Positions 61,860 through 64,000 of a stretch of 64,000 bases of DNA are shown here, one piece after another; position 1 is the first letter of the stretch; each line of letters starts with the position of its first letter. The notes under the pieces were generated by a model, which worked only from the letters and a program-made list of their open reading frames with translations, ran no database searches and was not told the DNA's origin. A program made the translations under genes and the position numbers. This stretch comes from Obrimoposthia wandeli. Lineage: Eukaryota. The DNA lies in assembly GCA_977020255.1 (NCBI GenBank), contig CDROCS010003335.1, forward strand, positions 186,001-250,000, in the 5' to 3' direction.

Positions 61860-62400
61860 TTAACTATGAAGACGAATTGCAAGAAAATGAAAAAATGCAC
61901 ATTAATAAAACAATTACTCGAAGTCAAACAGGGAGATAAAACAAAACTATCAAATTTTAGACCGATTTCAAATCTAATATTATATCGAAAGTTCTTGAAA
62001 ATTTTATTTCAATACAGTTAAGTAGTTATTTAGAAATAAATAAATGTACTCCTCTTCTACCAATGAGCCAATACACGTTATTATTCAAATGAAAAGCCAT
62101 TGCCTAGTGTAAAAAATATTATATAAAAATCCTAAATAATGAAAAATGTGTACTTATGATACTTCTAGATCTATATGCAGTATTTGACACTGTTAATCGT
62201 GAAATATTGTTAAAAGATTTGCAAAATATTAGAACCAATAGGAAGTAGCTGAATTGGTTTAAAAATTATTTACTTTTGTGCAAACGTTCTTGTATCATTT
62301 ATGAAACTGTCTCAGATCCTGAATACTTAAAGTGCGGTGCTCCTTAGAGTTAAATTCTAGGTTCAATGCTGTTTTTGATTTATACTGTCAATCGCAGCAA
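61860..62400 (+). mobile_element. CR1/L2-group LINE reverse transcriptase fragment (pseudogene)
   Basis: KQGDKTKLSNFRPISNL.. ILLDLYAVFDTVNREILL.. LNWFKNYL.. CGAP*S*ILGSMLFLIY = RT motifs NYRPIS, LDLS.AFDTV.H.ILL and GVPQGS.LGP.LF.IY. Confidence 0.85.
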
Positions 62401-62477
62401 ATATTAGGAAATTGTTGGTTTTATACAGTTACGATTAGATTTTGTTGGATGAAATTTGATTTTAAAAAAGGTTAATA

Positions 62478-63622
62478 CTAATGTGGATAAAAAGTATCGA
62501 GACTTGATATCATATGAATTAAAATTTCTAGTTTTGTTTAAATATCTTAATTAATCATAATGACTAAGCCTTATTTTTAATCATTTTTATTTGAAGAAAG
62601 TATTTGAATATTAATATTATAACAATTTTATAGAAAATGTATGAAGCTGATGAAATAATAAGCGTTATTAAATATTTAATTTGAAGAACATGGAAAGACA
62701 TGAAATAGTTAAAGAAATTCAAGAAGTGTACAGGAAAGTAGCAATGAGTCGTGCTAACATATATAAATGGATTAATGAGTATTTATCGGGGAGGGAGTAT
62801 GTTTTTGATGAAGCTAAAAGTAGAAGACCTCATGAAATTGGAGAAGGCAAATTAGAAATGTTAACTAAAATTGTTAAAAATGGAAGGAAAGTAACGCAAT
62901 GAGAACTTTTAATGCGACTAAATGTTTGTAAGAAAACAGAGAAGAATATGTTGCAACAATTATGAATACGTAAACTATGCTGTAGATTTGTTCCTATGTT
63001 ATTAACACATGAAATGCGCAAAAGACGGATGGCAGCTGGTAAAAATAATATTCGTCTGATTGGAGATAAGTTAATAAAGAATACAATTACTGAAGATGAA
63101 ACATCATTGAGCCTTTTCATTCCTAAACGGAGTGATTAAAAGTGATTATACTGCAGGATTTATAGATTCCGAATATTATTTTTCATTAGTAAAAGAAACA
63201 GATCCCTTCGTAGAAAATCTAGAGATCAGACAATGTTTTTGTTACACGATAATGCTCCAGTTCATAGTGCAGTAAAACCACAGACAACAGTAGTACAAAC
63301 GGGTTTTATGCAATTTGGATCATCCTCCTTATAGTCCAGACCTAGCCTCAAATTAGTCATCTTAAAAAGCATTTAAGAGGAAAGAAGTTTACTTTAAAGA
63401 TGAACTAAAAGAAACTGTTGACAATTTTCTCATTCAAAAAGACGATATTTTCTTTAAAATACCTTTTGAGAAGCTAGTTGAACGGGGAAAAAAGTGTGTA
63501 TTGGAGGAAGGCGGTTATGTTGAAAAATAAACCTAAACTATAATGTATTGCTAAATATAAAATCTTAATGTTATAACACTTTTTATTCATGTCGAGTTTC
63601 GATACTTTTTATCCATACCATG
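62478..63622 (+). mobile_element. Near-full-length decayed mariner element with TIRs and TA TSD
   Basis: TIRs TA|CTAATGTGGATAAAAAGTATCGAGACT and (reverse complement) TA|CATGGTATGGATAAAAAGTATCGAAACT. Transposase motifs KWINEYLSG..DEAKSRRP, FVPMLLT, ITEDET, LLHDNAPVH, HPPYSPDLA and KCVLEEGGYVEK*. Confidence 0.92.
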
Positions 63623-63801
63623 TATATTGTTGGAATTTTTGTTGAATATAAAGATTGGTTTGACTAGTTTGATTTGCTGCTGTAGAATGTTGGATAGTTT
63701 TGGCGGACTAAGAATAACAACGCAATTGATTTTCTTTTAAATTTGATATTTTTAGAAACTTTGATAAGTTTGTCCCAGTTTAAATATAGTTATATGGAGA
63801 G

Positions 63802-63995
63802 GATATCAGTAGGTGGATGTGTCCGGTCTAATCCACACCCCCTTCCCCCCATTGTCCTTTAAAACCGTGCATGTGTGTGGAGTGAAATTTCACTCCATAC
63901 ACCTACACGAAATTTCACTCCACACACATGCACGGTTTTAAAGGACAGGGGGGAGGGGGTGTGGATTAGACCGGACACATCCACCTACTGATATC
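63802..63995. repeat. GC-rich 194-bp foldback (palindromic MITE-like element)
   Basis: Arms 63802-63891 and 63909-63995 are complementary apart from 3 extra nt in the left arm; 17-nt spacer. Confidence 0.93.
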
Positions 63996-64000
63996 GTATT

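Overview
AT-rich eukaryotic (invertebrate, plausibly triclad flatworm - inference only) genomic window. Almost all of it lies inside one large + strand gene for a high-voltage-activated Cav2-type calcium channel alpha-1 subunit (cacophony/unc-2/CACNA1A-B-E family). I could join 21 exons with consistent phases into 2877 nt (959 codons), running from the domain II pore loop to just past the IQ-like motif; both gene ends are outside or unresolved. The first intron (283-10551) is a 10.3-kb U12 (minor spliceosome) intron, and a 24-nt frame-preserving microexon falls in the IIIS3-S4 loop. Introns hold decayed Tc1/mariner, pogo, hAT and LINE pieces, MITEs, a 58-bp dimeric satellite and a 16-bp minisatellite. 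Two things stand out. (1) A pseudogenised cluster at about 22.0-25.2 kb, where a Maverick/Polinton-type integrase sits beside a TBP-like gene, a BIR and a RING domain (IAP-like) and unknown ORFs, which looks like an endogenous virus-like element with unusual cargo. (2) At least six dispersed, degenerate copies of the same 28S rRNA D4-D5 core segment, suggesting an rRNA-derived repeat family. All homology calls are by eye; no database searches were run.
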